This document shows positions 32,946 through 42,973 of a stretch of 64,000 nt of DNA, piece by piece (the first letter of the stretch is position 1; every line of letters starts with the position of its first letter). The translations under genes were made by a program, and so were the position numbers. The notes under the pieces were generated by a model. That model saw only the letters and a program-made list of their open reading frames with translations, was not told the origin of the DNA and did not search any database. The stretch comes from Candidatus Delongbacteria bacterium (GTDB lineage Bacteria > UBA4055): positions 309 through 64,308 of the forward strand of contig JAFGVM010000024.1 of the NCBI GenBank assembly GCA_016937995.1. The letters are read 5' to 3'.

Positions 32946-35900
32946 TTAAAATTCCATCCTGATCTCTATTCTCAGTTCATGAAACGGTTTAGTATCATAG
33001 GAATAGTATCTACCTGTATAATAAAAATTTCCTTTGATACTTTTGCTGAAGTTATAGTTCGCAGTTGAATTCCAGCTGTAACTCAAACCTTTACCCAAAC
33101 CGCTATTCATCATGTAAGGAATATTTGCAGAATCCGTTGTGATATTGATAATTTTAAATGAGGATCTGATTATACCATTTCTGTGAAATGAAAATTTTAT
33201 CGAAGGGTTTAAGCTGACCTCCTGAGTTGTTATCTTTCTTATTAGTTCCTCTTCCAGTCCATATCCAAGATCGAACAAAAGTCTTATTTGCTTGTTGATA
33301 TCATAAAAAGTACTGATGTTCAATTTATTCCTGCTCAATTCATCGGTGATAAATCTGGGATTGATCTGATATTTTAAGTAATTGGATCTCTGAAAGTTCA
33401 AATTTATGCTGAGATCAGAAATTTTTGTTCTAAATTCTAATGTTTGATCGGTAATTTCGTCTTTTTCACCAGAGTATACATACTCATTCATAAGTTTTCG
33501 AAGGAATTTTACACTGTAATTAATTCCGGTCGTACCTTTTTTAATAAAATACAGTTTTGTATCAGATTCAATGATCCCGAAAACTGTCGAATCATTCTGA
33601 AATGTGGGTATTTTCAATAATACGATATCCAAAGGTGTTTCTGTCAGTGACCTTTCTTCAATATTAACATTTTGCTCCAGATCTATCCTGGATAACCAGT
33701 ACATTATGTTATCGTTATTCGCAATATCCGGTATGTCAAAAAAAGTTCTGAGGTTGAATTTTACTCCGGTCGCAGCCTTTGGATCATCTAAACTGATTAT
33801 ATAAAAATTATAATTTCCAAATTCATCCGGTATATATTCACCATCAACATACCTGTAATCTCCTGTACCATCCTCAACCTCGTAAAAATGTCTGATCTTG
33901 TTATAGACAAGCGTTCTCTCTGTCTCATAGCCCAAGAATATCCTGTAATTACTCTTATAGTTGTAGTTTGATCTGGCACTGATCAGATTATAGTAGCTGT
34001 CCGAGGAATCTTTAACTGTGTTCGAGACCCAGTTCCACATAACTTCAGATATAAGATTTGTACTGTATCTTCCCTTGTATTCCATCAAATTAGATATCTG
34101 ATATTTTTGCTCTTTCCAGGCATGGTCTTGTTCGCTGAAAATATTATACTCGATTCTGTTCTTCAAATTGTGTGAATCATGAGTAAAGTTCGTCAACAAT
34201 CCATATTTATCCTCCATACTCCCTGCTGTTAAAGTATCATTAACATTCAACTTCTTTTCTTTACCTGTGAAAGGGGTGATCCTGAATTGAAATAGGTCAA
34301 AGTAAATACCGGTATAGTATTTTTCTAAAGTATCTTCGTCGGTTCCAGACTTACTTATCCTGTTCGTATAGGCTAATTGGTAACCATACTTTTTAAAATC
34401 CCCCAAAAGGTCTAGATCCGCTTTCTGAGTCTCAATAGCTTCGGATAGTTTGTAGTAGGAAAGATCTATTTTATTATTAAGGAAAGTACCTAGGGTATGC
34501 TCTACAGAAAACATATATTTTTCATAGCTGATAGAATCCTGATCAATATCAATACCGAAATTATCATTAAAATTTGAATCAGATAATCTTTCAGGAAGAA
34601 TTAATTTATTATTGTAATATTTTCTTGAAATTGAAAATTTGTATTTACCTGTATTTTTATCAAATATTTTCAGATCTTTAGTTCGTAATGATATCTTTTC
34701 GTGATCACCGAAACCGTCAAAATTTACTTTTGAATTCTTTGCCAGCTTGTTTTTTTGATAGCTTGAAGATACTGTTTCAGCTGTAAAAGAAAAAACTTCT
34801 CCTTCGTAATTCAGATTTGCATGCAGTGTGCTTAGATCAGTAGGTAAAGGTAAATGCTTCAATGGTAAGTAATTACCGTTCAAAGGATCGTAAACGTAGT
34901 ATACAGTTCCAGTGCTGTCATATTCCATCACATAATCACCAGAATCTTCGAATCTGGAAAATACGATATCATACTCCCCCAGGTCTTTACCTGTATATTC
35001 GTAATATAATGAATCAGGTGAAATATTATAATCCCCTTTGTTCAAACCAAGAAAGGTTATTCCTGAGATATACGAATTATTCAAATCCGTTCCTGCATCT
35101 CTAATTATTTGTATTTCTTCTTCTGTACCATCGAAAGATAATGGATTTTTTTCATCATCGGTCTCGGTATAATAGTCTGTCTGAACAGTTAACTTATCGT
35201 TTATGAACTTGTTCTCTGAATATATTCCGTAAACATACTTTTTGTAATCCACACTGGTGAACTCGATATCCACTGTTACTTTGTCTCCCTGATGGACAGG
35301 TCTCAGAGGTGTGAAAAATATCTGATTACTGAAATAATCAATGTAGTAATCCGAACCTTTGATAAGCTTAACACCGTTCAGATAAACATCTTCACTTCCC
35401 GGGATGATCTCTTTCAGATCGATTATGTTATTATCCAGATCATACGGTCCCTGTATACCTTCAAGAACCGTAAGTTCAATACTCTTGTAAGAAGAACTCT
35501 CTGATGAAACAAAAGCATCCAAATTATTACTTTTATAGTTAGTCTTAAACAGCACTCCTGAAAGATCTTTATTGATATCCCCGAACTCACCTCTTGAGCT
35601 GTATTTTAAATTATAATTTCCCATCCTCGAGATAAAGTTAGGATGTTTGAACTGGATATAAATATTATCGATCTCTGATAAGATCTCACTTGTTCCCTCC
35701 TCGGTCATTGCAAGATTATCATCACTCAGAACTGCCTCAGCTTCTAAATTTTCACTCAACTCTCCATTAAGATTTAAATTAAACCCGGATACTATGTCCA
35801 CACCGGAATCAGCATTAAATTTCACACCTCTGTAAATTAAACCTGAGCGCTTCAATTTACTTTCACTCTGTTCATCTTCGGTCACGATAGAGAATTCCTC

Positions 35901-36053
35901 CTGTGACAGTGGGTCATTCAGAATTATCTCTTTGATCTCATACCTGCGGTATATTTTGTCAAAGTCAAGACCTACAACACCGGTGGAATCATTTTCACTT
36001 GCAATTGCAGATATCAGGTGGAATAAAATATTTAGAATGAATAATCTCTTCAA
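32946..36053 (-). CDS. Large putative outer-membrane beta-barrel protein (1035 aa, hypothetical)
   Basis: It has a signal peptide, alternating beta-strand-like sequence rich in Y/N/S, and a terminal ...ELRIEIRMEF with a C-terminal Phe typical of OMPs. I recognise no TonB-plug motifs. Confidence 0.55.
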   Translation of the reverse strand: MKRLFILNILFHLISAIASENDSTGVVGLDFDKIYRRYEIKEIILNDPLSQEEFSIVTEDEQSESKLKRSGLIYRGVKFNADSGVDIVSGFNLNLNGELSENLEAEAVLSDDNLAMTEEGTSEILSEIDNIYIQFKHPNFISRMGNYNLKYSSRGEFGDINKDLSGVLFKTNYKSNNLDAFVSSESSSYKSIELTVLEGIQGPYDLDNNIIDLKEIIPGSEDVYLNGVKLIKGSDYYIDYFSNQIFFTPLRPVHQGDKVTVDIEFTSVDYKKYVYGIYSENKFINDKLTVQTDYYTETDDEKNPLSFDGTEEEIQIIRDAGTDLNNSYISGITFLGLNKGDYNISPDSLYYEYTGKDLGEYDIVFSRFEDSGDYVMEYDSTGTVYYVYDPLNGNYLPLKHLPLPTDLSTLHANLNYEGEVFSFTAETVSSSYQKNKLAKNSKVNFDGFGDHEKISLRTKDLKIFDKNTGKYKFSISRKYYNNKLILPERLSDSNFNDNFGIDIDQDSISYEKYMFSVEHTLGTFLNNKIDLSYYKLSEAIETQKADLDLLGDFKKYGYQLAYTNRISKSGTDEDTLEKYYTGIYFDLFQFRITPFTGKEKKLNVNDTLTAGSMEDKYGLLTNFTHDSHNLKNRIEYNIFSEQDHAWKEQKYQISNLMEYKGRYSTNLISEVMWNWVSNTVKDSSDSYYNLISARSNYNYKSNYRIFLGYETERTLVYNKIRHFYEVEDGTGDYRYVDGEYIPDEFGNYNFYIISLDDPKAATGVKFNLRTFFDIPDIANNDNIMYWLSRIDLEQNVNIEERSLTETPLDIVLLKIPTFQNDSTVFGIIESDTKLYFIKKGTTGINYSVKFLRKLMNEYVYSGEKDEITDQTLEFRTKISDLSINLNFQRSNYLKYQINPRFITDELSRNKLNISTFYDINKQIRLLFDLGYGLEEELIRKITTQEVSLNPSIKFSFHRNGIIRSSFKIINITTDSANIPYMMNSGLGKGLSYSWNSTANYNFSKSIKGNFYYTGRYYSYDTKPFHELRIEIRMEF

Positions 36054-36333
36054 ATAAAACCTTGTTAAATTTCATTGATTCTGTCGGTATAGAGTATAGG
36101 AAACCTGTTTTAGTTTTGTATTATTGCCTATTTAACTTACAAAGTTCACGGTTTGTTTGTATATTTAATCCTTAATTGTAAATTATCCATTCCGTATTGT
36201 CAATTATTTTAACTTAATTTCTGATTTTAATTTTTCCTTGCTAAAAAAATAAAATTGAACTATTTTTGTCATGGAATAGTAATAGCATTAGCTACTGGCT
36301 CAAAATAATCAATAATGAATTAGAGGAAAAAAC

Positions 36334-37536
36334 ATGTTGAAACGAATATTATTACTGGCATTGATAACTGTTTCTATAGTATCTGCAAAAGTAAATGTGG
36401 GATTTTATTCCTTATCACAATCTTCCGGTAACCCAAACGGACAGTGGATGGGTTATGCTTTGATGGATATTATCACAGATAAGTTTTCTGGGATAGAAGG
36501 GATCAATATTGTAAGAGATGACGACATCTATGCTTTCTTGAAACAAAATGGTACTCCTTTTGTCAATACCGGCAATATTGCTTCTTTCGATACTGTGAAA
36601 GAACACTTTAAACTTGATTTCATTGTAACTGGAAGCTATACTCTAAACCCTGATCAAAGCTTACCTGTCAATATCTTAGTTCACAGCTTTCAAGACACAA
36701 CTACCTCAAGTCCAATTGTAATACAGGGTTATTCAAATGACCTTTTCACAATAGTTTCATATGTAGTTATGCCTATCGGAAAGAATTTAAAAATGGAACT
36801 TAATCCTACTCAGGTCGCTAAACTTAAAACTATTGACCTAACTTCAAACAAAGGAAACCTTTCAAATGTTTATAAGGGAAAAATGGCAATGAGACAAAAC
36901 CAGCCTCAAATTGCAATGTCTTTCTTTGAAGCAGCTTACAAGGAAAATCCTGAAAGCACTTTAGCAAAAAAACAATTTACTGAAGCTTTGGGAGCTTCTT
37001 ACGGAACAGGATTCTTTGCTTTTAACTTAATGGAAGCTGAAGGTGGAAATGTTTCAGGATTCAGAAAACAATTTCTATTATCAAATAAAATAATTCAGGG
37101 ATTCAGTGCTTTCGTAAAAGGATCTAATCTGATTCCTAAGAACGGAGCAACATATTTTGATATAGAATTAAACATTGGAATAGATCTTTCTGACTACGCT
37201 TATCAAATGGCAAAAACAACTATCCAGAATTTTTCAAGCGGAACAAGTGAGATCGATGATGGAGTCTATAATCCTAATGCTGGTAATATGACCAATGAGA
37301 CTGAAATGTTCGTAAAAAATATTTCAGCTGCAAAAATAGTTGTGACCCTACTGGACAATAAAGGCAATGCAATCTTAGCTTCTGAAAGATCGTTTGGTAC
37401 AGCATTTAATTTGACAAATATTGTTACCGTTAAGGACTTTGTTAAAAACACTAACCGTCAGGCAACTATTTATTTCCCTTCTATCGCACGCGAAGTTGTT
37501 AAAAATATTGACAAAGTGGAAGTCACCGTAAAATAG
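36334..37536 (+). CDS. Secreted hypothetical protein
   Basis: It has a signal peptide. The N-terminal VGFYSL.N.SGNPNGQWMGYALMDIITDKFS resembles LpoB/CsgG/TolB-N-like periplasmic modules. Confidence 0.5.
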   Translation: MLKRILLLALITVSIVSAKVNVGFYSLSQSSGNPNGQWMGYALMDIITDKFSGIEGINIVRDDDIYAFLKQNGTPFVNTGNIASFDTVKEHFKLDFIVTGSYTLNPDQSLPVNILVHSFQDTTTSSPIVIQGYSNDLFTIVSYVVMPIGKNLKMELNPTQVAKLKTIDLTSNKGNLSNVYKGKMAMRQNQPQIAMSFFEAAYKENPESTLAKKQFTEALGASYGTGFFAFNLMEAEGGNVSGFRKQFLLSNKIIQGFSAFVKGSNLIPKNGATYFDIELNIGIDLSDYAYQMAKTTIQNFSSGTSEIDDGVYNPNAGNMTNETEMFVKNISAAKIVVTLLDNKGNAILASERSFGTAFNLTNIVTVKDFVKNTNRQATIYFPSIAREVVKNIDKVEVTVK

Positions 37537-37549
37537 TTTTTTATAATCT

Positions 37550-37584
37550 GGACCGTTCATGTTTGTGAACGGTCCTTTTTTTTT
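37550..37584 (+). terminator. Rho-independent terminator
   Basis: GGACCGTTCA-tgtttg-TGAACGGTCC followed by TTTTTTTTT. Confidence 0.85.
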
Positions 37585-37783
37585 AGAGTATACAATGAAA
37601 ATCCGTAACTCATCATACTGCAGATCGGTCAAAAAGTCGCGAAGACTGAAAAAAATAAGATATCCTTAAGTATATTCCTCAATTAAATACACCTGCAAAA
37701 ACAAGCAATTTTTCTTTGTTCATTTATATATGATGATCAGAGATTTTCATAAACAATTTTAAATTTAATAAACGGAGTAAAAA

Positions 37784-39319
37784 ATGGCTTTAGTAATTGA
37801 TGGTTCAGGATTAACTATTGATAAAGTAGTAAGTGTTGCAAGATTCAATGAAAAAATTGAACTTCACCCTGATGCGATCGAAAGGATCAATGTTTGTAGA
37901 GCAATGCTTGAAAGAAAGATAGATGCTCACGAGATAATGTACGGGGTTAACACAGGTATCGGAGAATTTTCAGAAGTTGTACTGAACGATGATCAGGTTC
38001 AGGATTTTCAAAAATATTTGATCTATAACCATGCTGCTGGTATAGGTGATCCTGCCCCTATCGAATATGTTCGTGGTGCAATGCTTGGAAGAGTCAATGT
38101 TCATGCTCACGGAAACTCAGGTTGCCGTTTAGTGATAACTCAGACTTTGGTGGATCTATTAAATAAAGGTGTAACTCCATTCGTATGTCAGAAAGGTTCA
38201 GTCGGTGCATCAGGTGACCTTGCTCCAATGTCTCAGGTAGCTCTGCTTATGATGGGTGAAGGAAAAGCTTATTATCAGGGTGAATTAATGCCTGCAAAAG
38301 AAGCAATGGAAAAAGCTGGAATACCTGTTCCCGGTCTTCATGCAAGAGACGGATTGGCAACTATCAATGGATCGAACCTTTTAACTGCAATGAGCGCTAT
38401 CTTCTTATATGATGCTAAAAGATGGTTAAAACAGGCTGAAATAGCTGCTGCAATGTCTTTAGAAGCTCTAAAAGCTAATATGAAGCCTTACTCAAGATTA
38501 TTACATGAAGTAAGAGGTTTCAGTGGCGCTGTAAGAAGTGCTGAATCGATCAACAAGATAGTTTCAGGTGGTGATCTTAAAGAGCAAAAAGTAAAATGTA
38601 AAGTTCAGGATGCATATTCAATGAGATCTACTCCACAGGTTATCGGTGCTGCTCATGACGCACTTGCATATGCTCAGTCTCAAGTTGAGATCGAATTGAA
38701 CGGTGTCGGTGATAATCCTATCTTCTTCCCTGACAAGAATCTTCAACTGTCAGGTGCTAATTTCCAGGGAACTCCTGTTGCGGTCCCAATGGACATGGCA
38801 GGTTATTGTATCACTATGGTAAGTGTAATGTCTGAGAGAAGAATGAACCGACTTAACAATCCTGCTTTAAGCGTTGGTCTTCCTGCTTTCTTGACAAAAG
38901 GTGCTGGAATGTTCTCAGGTCTTATGCTAAGTCAGTATACAGCTGATATGCAGATCGTAGAGCAAAGGATTCTTTCAGCTCCTGCTTGTATCCAGTCTAT
39001 CCCTGCTGCTGCTGATCAGGAAGATTTCGTTTCTATGGGTATGAACACAGCAATCAAGAACTTCCAGATACTTGATAATGCTTATGGTATTCTTGGTATT
39101 GAATTCATGGCAGCTGCACAGGCCCTTGATTTCAGAAAAGAAGAATATTCATTCGGTCACGGAACTCAGAAAGCTAAAGATATAATCAGAAAGTATGTTG
39201 ATTTCCTTGATATTGACAGACCTCTTTATGATGATCATACCAATATGAAAGAACTTGTTAAGTCAGGTGAGATCCTTGATGAAGTTGAAAAAGTTACAGG
39301 TGATCTGGCAAAATACTAG
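37784..39319 (+). CDS. hutH: Histidine ammonia-lyase family (MIO-dependent) enzyme
   Basis: GSVGASGDLAPMS is the MIO-forming ASG motif. IYNHAAGIG lies at the substrate-selectivity region. 511 aa. Confidence 0.75.
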   Translation: MALVIDGSGLTIDKVVSVARFNEKIELHPDAIERINVCRAMLERKIDAHEIMYGVNTGIGEFSEVVLNDDQVQDFQKYLIYNHAAGIGDPAPIEYVRGAMLGRVNVHAHGNSGCRLVITQTLVDLLNKGVTPFVCQKGSVGASGDLAPMSQVALLMMGEGKAYYQGELMPAKEAMEKAGIPVPGLHARDGLATINGSNLLTAMSAIFLYDAKRWLKQAEIAAAMSLEALKANMKPYSRLLHEVRGFSGAVRSAESINKIVSGGDLKEQKVKCKVQDAYSMRSTPQVIGAAHDALAYAQSQVEIELNGVGDNPIFFPDKNLQLSGANFQGTPVAVPMDMAGYCITMVSVMSERRMNRLNNPALSVGLPAFLTKGAGMFSGLMLSQYTADMQIVEQRILSAPACIQSIPAAADQEDFVSMGMNTAIKNFQILDNAYGILGIEFMAAAQALDFRKEEYSFGHGTQKAKDIIRKYVDFLDIDRPLYDDHTNMKELVKSGEILDEVEKVTGDLAKY

Positions 39320-39337
39320 AAAATTATCCTAAAAATA

Positions 39338-39367
39338 CAAAAGCCGCAATTTGCGGCTTTTTTTTTT
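39338..39367 (+). terminator. Rho-independent terminator
   Basis: AAAAGCCGCAAtTTGCGGCTTTTTTTTTT. Confidence 0.85.
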
Positions 39368-39477
39368 AATACAATACCTTTTATTATCACTTATAAAAAA
39401 TCATTGCTCACTATATTGGCTTGTTAAAAGAAATTATTTCCTTCCATTTCACCTTAAATTCATTATATTTAATCCTG

Positions 39478-40068
39478 ATGAAAAACGAAACTCTAAAATA
39501 TATTATACCAATTATTTTTCTTTATATTGTATGCTTATCTGCTTTATCATTCCCTGATAATACAGGAAAGATCGTATTCAATGAAGATGATATGATCGTA
39601 CGTCTTATTGAGAAAAAAGGCTCAGACATTAAAACTGCTGAGGCATTATTTCTGGTTGATTCGTCACCGATAAAATGCCACAAGATCATTAATAACGTTC
39701 TTAATTACCCCAGCTTCATGCCTGATATTGAAAAGACCACATTTGTAAAAAAAACTGCCCGGGGTACAGAATACGACTTTGTTTACGATGCTCCAATATT
39801 CGACATAGAATATACTCTGCTGCTGAAAGATTCTCTTAAGAACGGAATTTACCATATTGAGTGGAGTTATATCAAAGGTGAACTGAATGAGAATAACGGA
39901 AGCTGGGAAATTATGACAAATCCGGAAGACAGCACTGAAACTTTGATCAAGTACAAAATATACCTTGACCCCGGAACTATCCTCCCTGACTGGCTTATGA
40001 ACCGGTTAACTGCAGGTTCAATACCAGATATGATCTATTCGATAAGAAAAAAGGTGAAGCAGAAATGA
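39478..40068 (+). CDS. SRPBCC/START-like lipid-binding domain protein with signal anchor
   Basis: The YPSFMPDIEKT...YTLLL...GSWEI...T.IKYKIYLDPG pattern fits the polyketide-cyclase/START fold. I chose the ATG at 39478. The track start at 39421 is a TTG. Confidence 0.5.
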   Translation: MKNETLKYIIPIIFLYIVCLSALSFPDNTGKIVFNEDDMIVRLIEKKGSDIKTAEALFLVDSSPIKCHKIINNVLNYPSFMPDIEKTTFVKKTARGTEYDFVYDAPIFDIEYTLLLKDSLKNGIYHIEWSYIKGELNENNGSWEIMTNPEDSTETLIKYKIYLDPGTILPDWLMNRLTAGSIPDMIYSIRKKVKQK

Positions 40069-40874
40069 ATTTCAAGACCTTAATTATAACTCTGATCATT
40101 TTCAATTCAGTATATTCCCAGAAAAAAGACCCTTATCTGGATAAATATGCTATGATATCACCTGATTATTACAAGAATTATCTTTTTGATAGCGGAGATC
40201 TTATTATTTCTCCTCTTGACTGGTCTTGGAAAAATTATGCAGTTCTCGGGCTTGTTACAGGTGCAGCTATGATAACTTATAACAATGATGAATATATTTC
40301 GGATATTTTCCGTTCAAATAAGAACGACATCAATGATAATATCGCTTTTGCAGCAGAAAAACTCGGGAACGGGTTCTATGTTACCGGAGGATTGGTAACA
40401 TCATATTTAGTATCCAACATGATCGATAATGATAGACTAAGAAGAACTTCTTTACTTGCTTTGGAAAGTTTTGCAATTACAGGTATATTCGCTCAATCAT
40501 TTAAACATTTGATCCACAGGCACAGACCTTATGAAAATGACGGTCCCTATGAATTCGATGGTCCATCATTTTCAAACAGTTCACTTTCACTTCCTTCCGG
40601 TCACTCAGCAACTGTTTTCTCAACTGCAAAGATCATAAACGGATGCTATAGTGAGAACAAGTTTTTACCGTATATAACTTACCCTTTGGCATTTATTACA
40701 GCTGTATCAAGGATTTATGACAATAAGCACTGGCCTTCGGATATTCTTCTGGGTGCAGCATTCGGGTATTATTCAGCATCAGTAATTCTCGATTCACAGA
40801 AAAAGAAAGCTTTTCAGTTTGCTCTGATCCCTTCCACTGAAAATGTAACATTAAACCTCAGCTATAATTTTTAA
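40065..40874 (+). CDS. PAP2-family phosphatase
   Basis: KHLIHRHRP, PSGHSA and SRIYDNKHWPSD are the three PAP2 motifs. There is a 4-nt overlap with the upstream gene. Confidence 0.8.
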   Translation: MNFKTLIITLIIFNSVYSQKKDPYLDKYAMISPDYYKNYLFDSGDLIISPLDWSWKNYAVLGLVTGAAMITYNNDEYISDIFRSNKNDINDNIAFAAEKLGNGFYVTGGLVTSYLVSNMIDNDRLRRTSLLALESFAITGIFAQSFKHLIHRHRPYENDGPYEFDGPSFSNSSLSLPSGHSATVFSTAKIINGCYSENKFLPYITYPLAFITAVSRIYDNKHWPSDILLGAAFGYYSASVILDSQKKKAFQFALIPSTENVTLNLSYNF

Positions 40875-40877
40875 GAT

Positions 40878-41864
40878 ATGAAAAGAGCTTCGATAATTCT
40901 AATATTCTTTACTGTTTTACTTTCTGGACAACTACTGAAAACAGTTGACAGATCGATGCTTTACAGACTATCCGACAACGAATATTACTCATATAATAAA
41001 CCCAACTGGGGCACTCCTTTCTCAAATGTTCCTGTTGATTTTGTAAAATTCTATGAAATTGGGTTCACTAAAAAGAATATTCCCGCTATGGTGCTGATCG
41101 GCGTTTCCACTGCTTTTATGATCATTAATGATGAGGACATTCTGGTAAGTGTTCAGGAATTCAGTGAAGATATTGGCCTTGACAGGGAAAATAATCTTAA
41201 GACCCTGATATCTATCGATGGTAAAAACATATTCCGGGCACCAACAGACCTTAGCTCTTCTTTATATTACATTGGTGACGGATGGTTGCATATTTCAATT
41301 GCGGCAAGCTTCCTGACTTACGGATCAATAACAAGTGATAACAGAGCACTGCAGACTGCAAGTCAGCTGGCTGAAGGACTGATGACCACAGGCATAACAA
41401 CACAATTCCTTAAACATATCACCGGAAGAGAAAGTCCTTCTGTGCGAACTCGGGATGGTGGTAGATGGATACCGTTCCCGAATCAGATCGATTATCATGA
41501 AAATGTACCTCATTATGATGCTTATCCTTCAGGACATCTGGCTACTGCAATGATGACCTACACCGTTATTCATGAAAATTATCCTGAGTATAAATTCATT
41601 AAACCGTTATCTTATATTGCAATGGGACTTCTATCTTATCAGATGATAAATAACGGGGTTCACTGGATAAGCGATTATCCTCTTTCAATTGGAATAGGGT
41701 ATCTTTTCGGGAAAATAGCTGTTGATAGAGGCCGGAGATCTGTAGCTGCAAATGAAATAAATGGTCGAAAGGTCGAAAATGAAGCACATTATGGGATAAA
41801 ATTGTTCCCTTACTTAAGCCCTTATGGTGATCTCGGTATCACTGCCACTTATTCTCTGCATTAG
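40878..41864 (+). CDS. PAP2-like membrane protein with a degenerate motif 3
   Basis: KHITGRESP and PSGHLA are present. The third motif reads YQMINNGVHWISD, so the SR is missing. Confidence 0.6.
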   Translation: MKRASIILIFFTVLLSGQLLKTVDRSMLYRLSDNEYYSYNKPNWGTPFSNVPVDFVKFYEIGFTKKNIPAMVLIGVSTAFMIINDEDILVSVQEFSEDIGLDRENNLKTLISIDGKNIFRAPTDLSSSLYYIGDGWLHISIAASFLTYGSITSDNRALQTASQLAEGLMTTGITTQFLKHITGRESPSVRTRDGGRWIPFPNQIDYHENVPHYDAYPSGHLATAMMTYTVIHENYPEYKFIKPLSYIAMGLLSYQMINNGVHWISDYPLSIGIGYLFGKIAVDRGRRSVAANEINGRKVENEAHYGIKLFPYLSPYGDLGITATYSLH

Positions 41865-41879
41865 AATCATCTAAAATTA

Positions 41880-42536
41880 TTAAACCACATCCCAGATCGG
41901 CACTTCTAAAAACTCAGCCAATAAATTCGCATCTTCTCTTAACTTTGCAAGATTTCCATGATCGACCACGTTTATCCTGCTGCTGTCCTTTAGAACAAGA
42001 TTCAGTTCATAGCTGTAATAATGACTTTTGTCTGTGTGACAATATTCTGATAATATCTGAATTGCATGAATCTGATCTAGCTCCGAGTGTACTTTGATCG
42101 AATCAATATTGAAAACTTCTCTGGGACTTTTCCTTCCCTTCCAGAAATATCCCTGATTTTTATCAAAAACTATCGGAGCCGTCATATGCCTGTACATAAA
42201 ATAACCTACTATAGTAAAAATAGTTCCAAATATAAATGGAATGATCATAGGGACTTCAAACTCAGTTTTACTAGTACTCATAAATACAGAAAAACCAATG
42301 AGTACACCAAGACCCGCCATGGCAAATACTAATGAAAATATTATTGCTGCTACAGAACCCTTAAATTCATACCTCTGATTTCCATAATTAATCAGTTTAT
42401 GAGTTCTGAAGTTAGACCCACCTCTTTTGGCCGGTCCCCACTCCGTTCTGTCAGCTACAGGATCTGCAAACCTTGAAGGATCAATAATAACTTTTTCACG
42501 ACGTCTAAGTAACGCTTGTTTTATCTTTTCAAACAT
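41880..42536 (-). CDS. Hypothetical 2-TM membrane protein
   Basis: Clean 218-aa ORF with two central hydrophobic helices. I recognise no family. Confidence 0.45.
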   Translation of the reverse strand: MFEKIKQALLRRREKVIIDPSRFADPVADRTEWGPAKRGGSNFRTHKLINYGNQRYEFKGSVAAIIFSLVFAMAGLGVLIGFSVFMSTSKTEFEVPMIIPFIFGTIFTIVGYFMYRHMTAPIVFDKNQGYFWKGRKSPREVFNIDSIKVHSELDQIHAIQILSEYCHTDKSHYYSYELNLVLKDSSRINVVDHGNLAKLREDANLLAEFLEVPIWDVV

Positions 42537-42741
42537 AATTTCTCCTTAAAATTAATGTAATAATTTATCGAACTGAAATAATATATTCTATTTAGTACTC
42601 ATAGTCAAAATCATAATAATAAAATTTTCATAAATATATGTTGCGTTTATTTATTTCATGATTTATATTACACGCTCGATGGGCTTAGGCATAAATTCCA
42701 TCCGAAAGGTAATTAATAATTTGAATAAATGAGGTTACAAA

Positions 42742-42972
42742 ATGTCAAAAGTATGTGATATTTGCGGAAAAGGACCTGTTTTCGGTGGTTCTGTTTGCAG
42801 AAGAGGTATGGCAAAGAAAAAAGGTGGTGTTGGTATAAATATCACAGGAAGATCAAAAAGAATGTTCTACCCGAATATTCAGACCGTTAGAGTTATGCAG
42901 GAAGATTCAAGAGTAAAATTAAATGTTTGTACAAGTTGTGTTAAAGCAGGAAAAACAATAGTAGTTAAATAA
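42742..42972 (+). CDS. rpmB: 50S ribosomal protein L28
   Basis: MSKVCDICGKGPVFGGSVCRRGMAKKKGGVG...RMFYPNIQ. GAGG RBS. Confidence 0.9.
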   Translation: MSKVCDICGKGPVFGGSVCRRGMAKKKGGVGINITGRSKRMFYPNIQTVRVMQEDSRVKLNVCTSCVKAGKTIVVK

Positions 42973-42973
42973 T

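Noticed and set aside
36054-36333. Possible cobalamin or SAM riboswitch ahead of the barrel-lipoprotein-metH-metF string
   Set aside because: I could not find B12-box-like or SAM-I-like conserved cores by eye on the minus strand. The region is AT-rich promoter-like sequence. A covariance-model scan would be needed to be certain.
39351-39557. 68-aa plus-strand ORF overlapping the terminator and the 5' end of the SRPBCC gene
   Set aside because: It starts inside the terminator T tract, is out of frame with the better-supported gene, and has no RBS.
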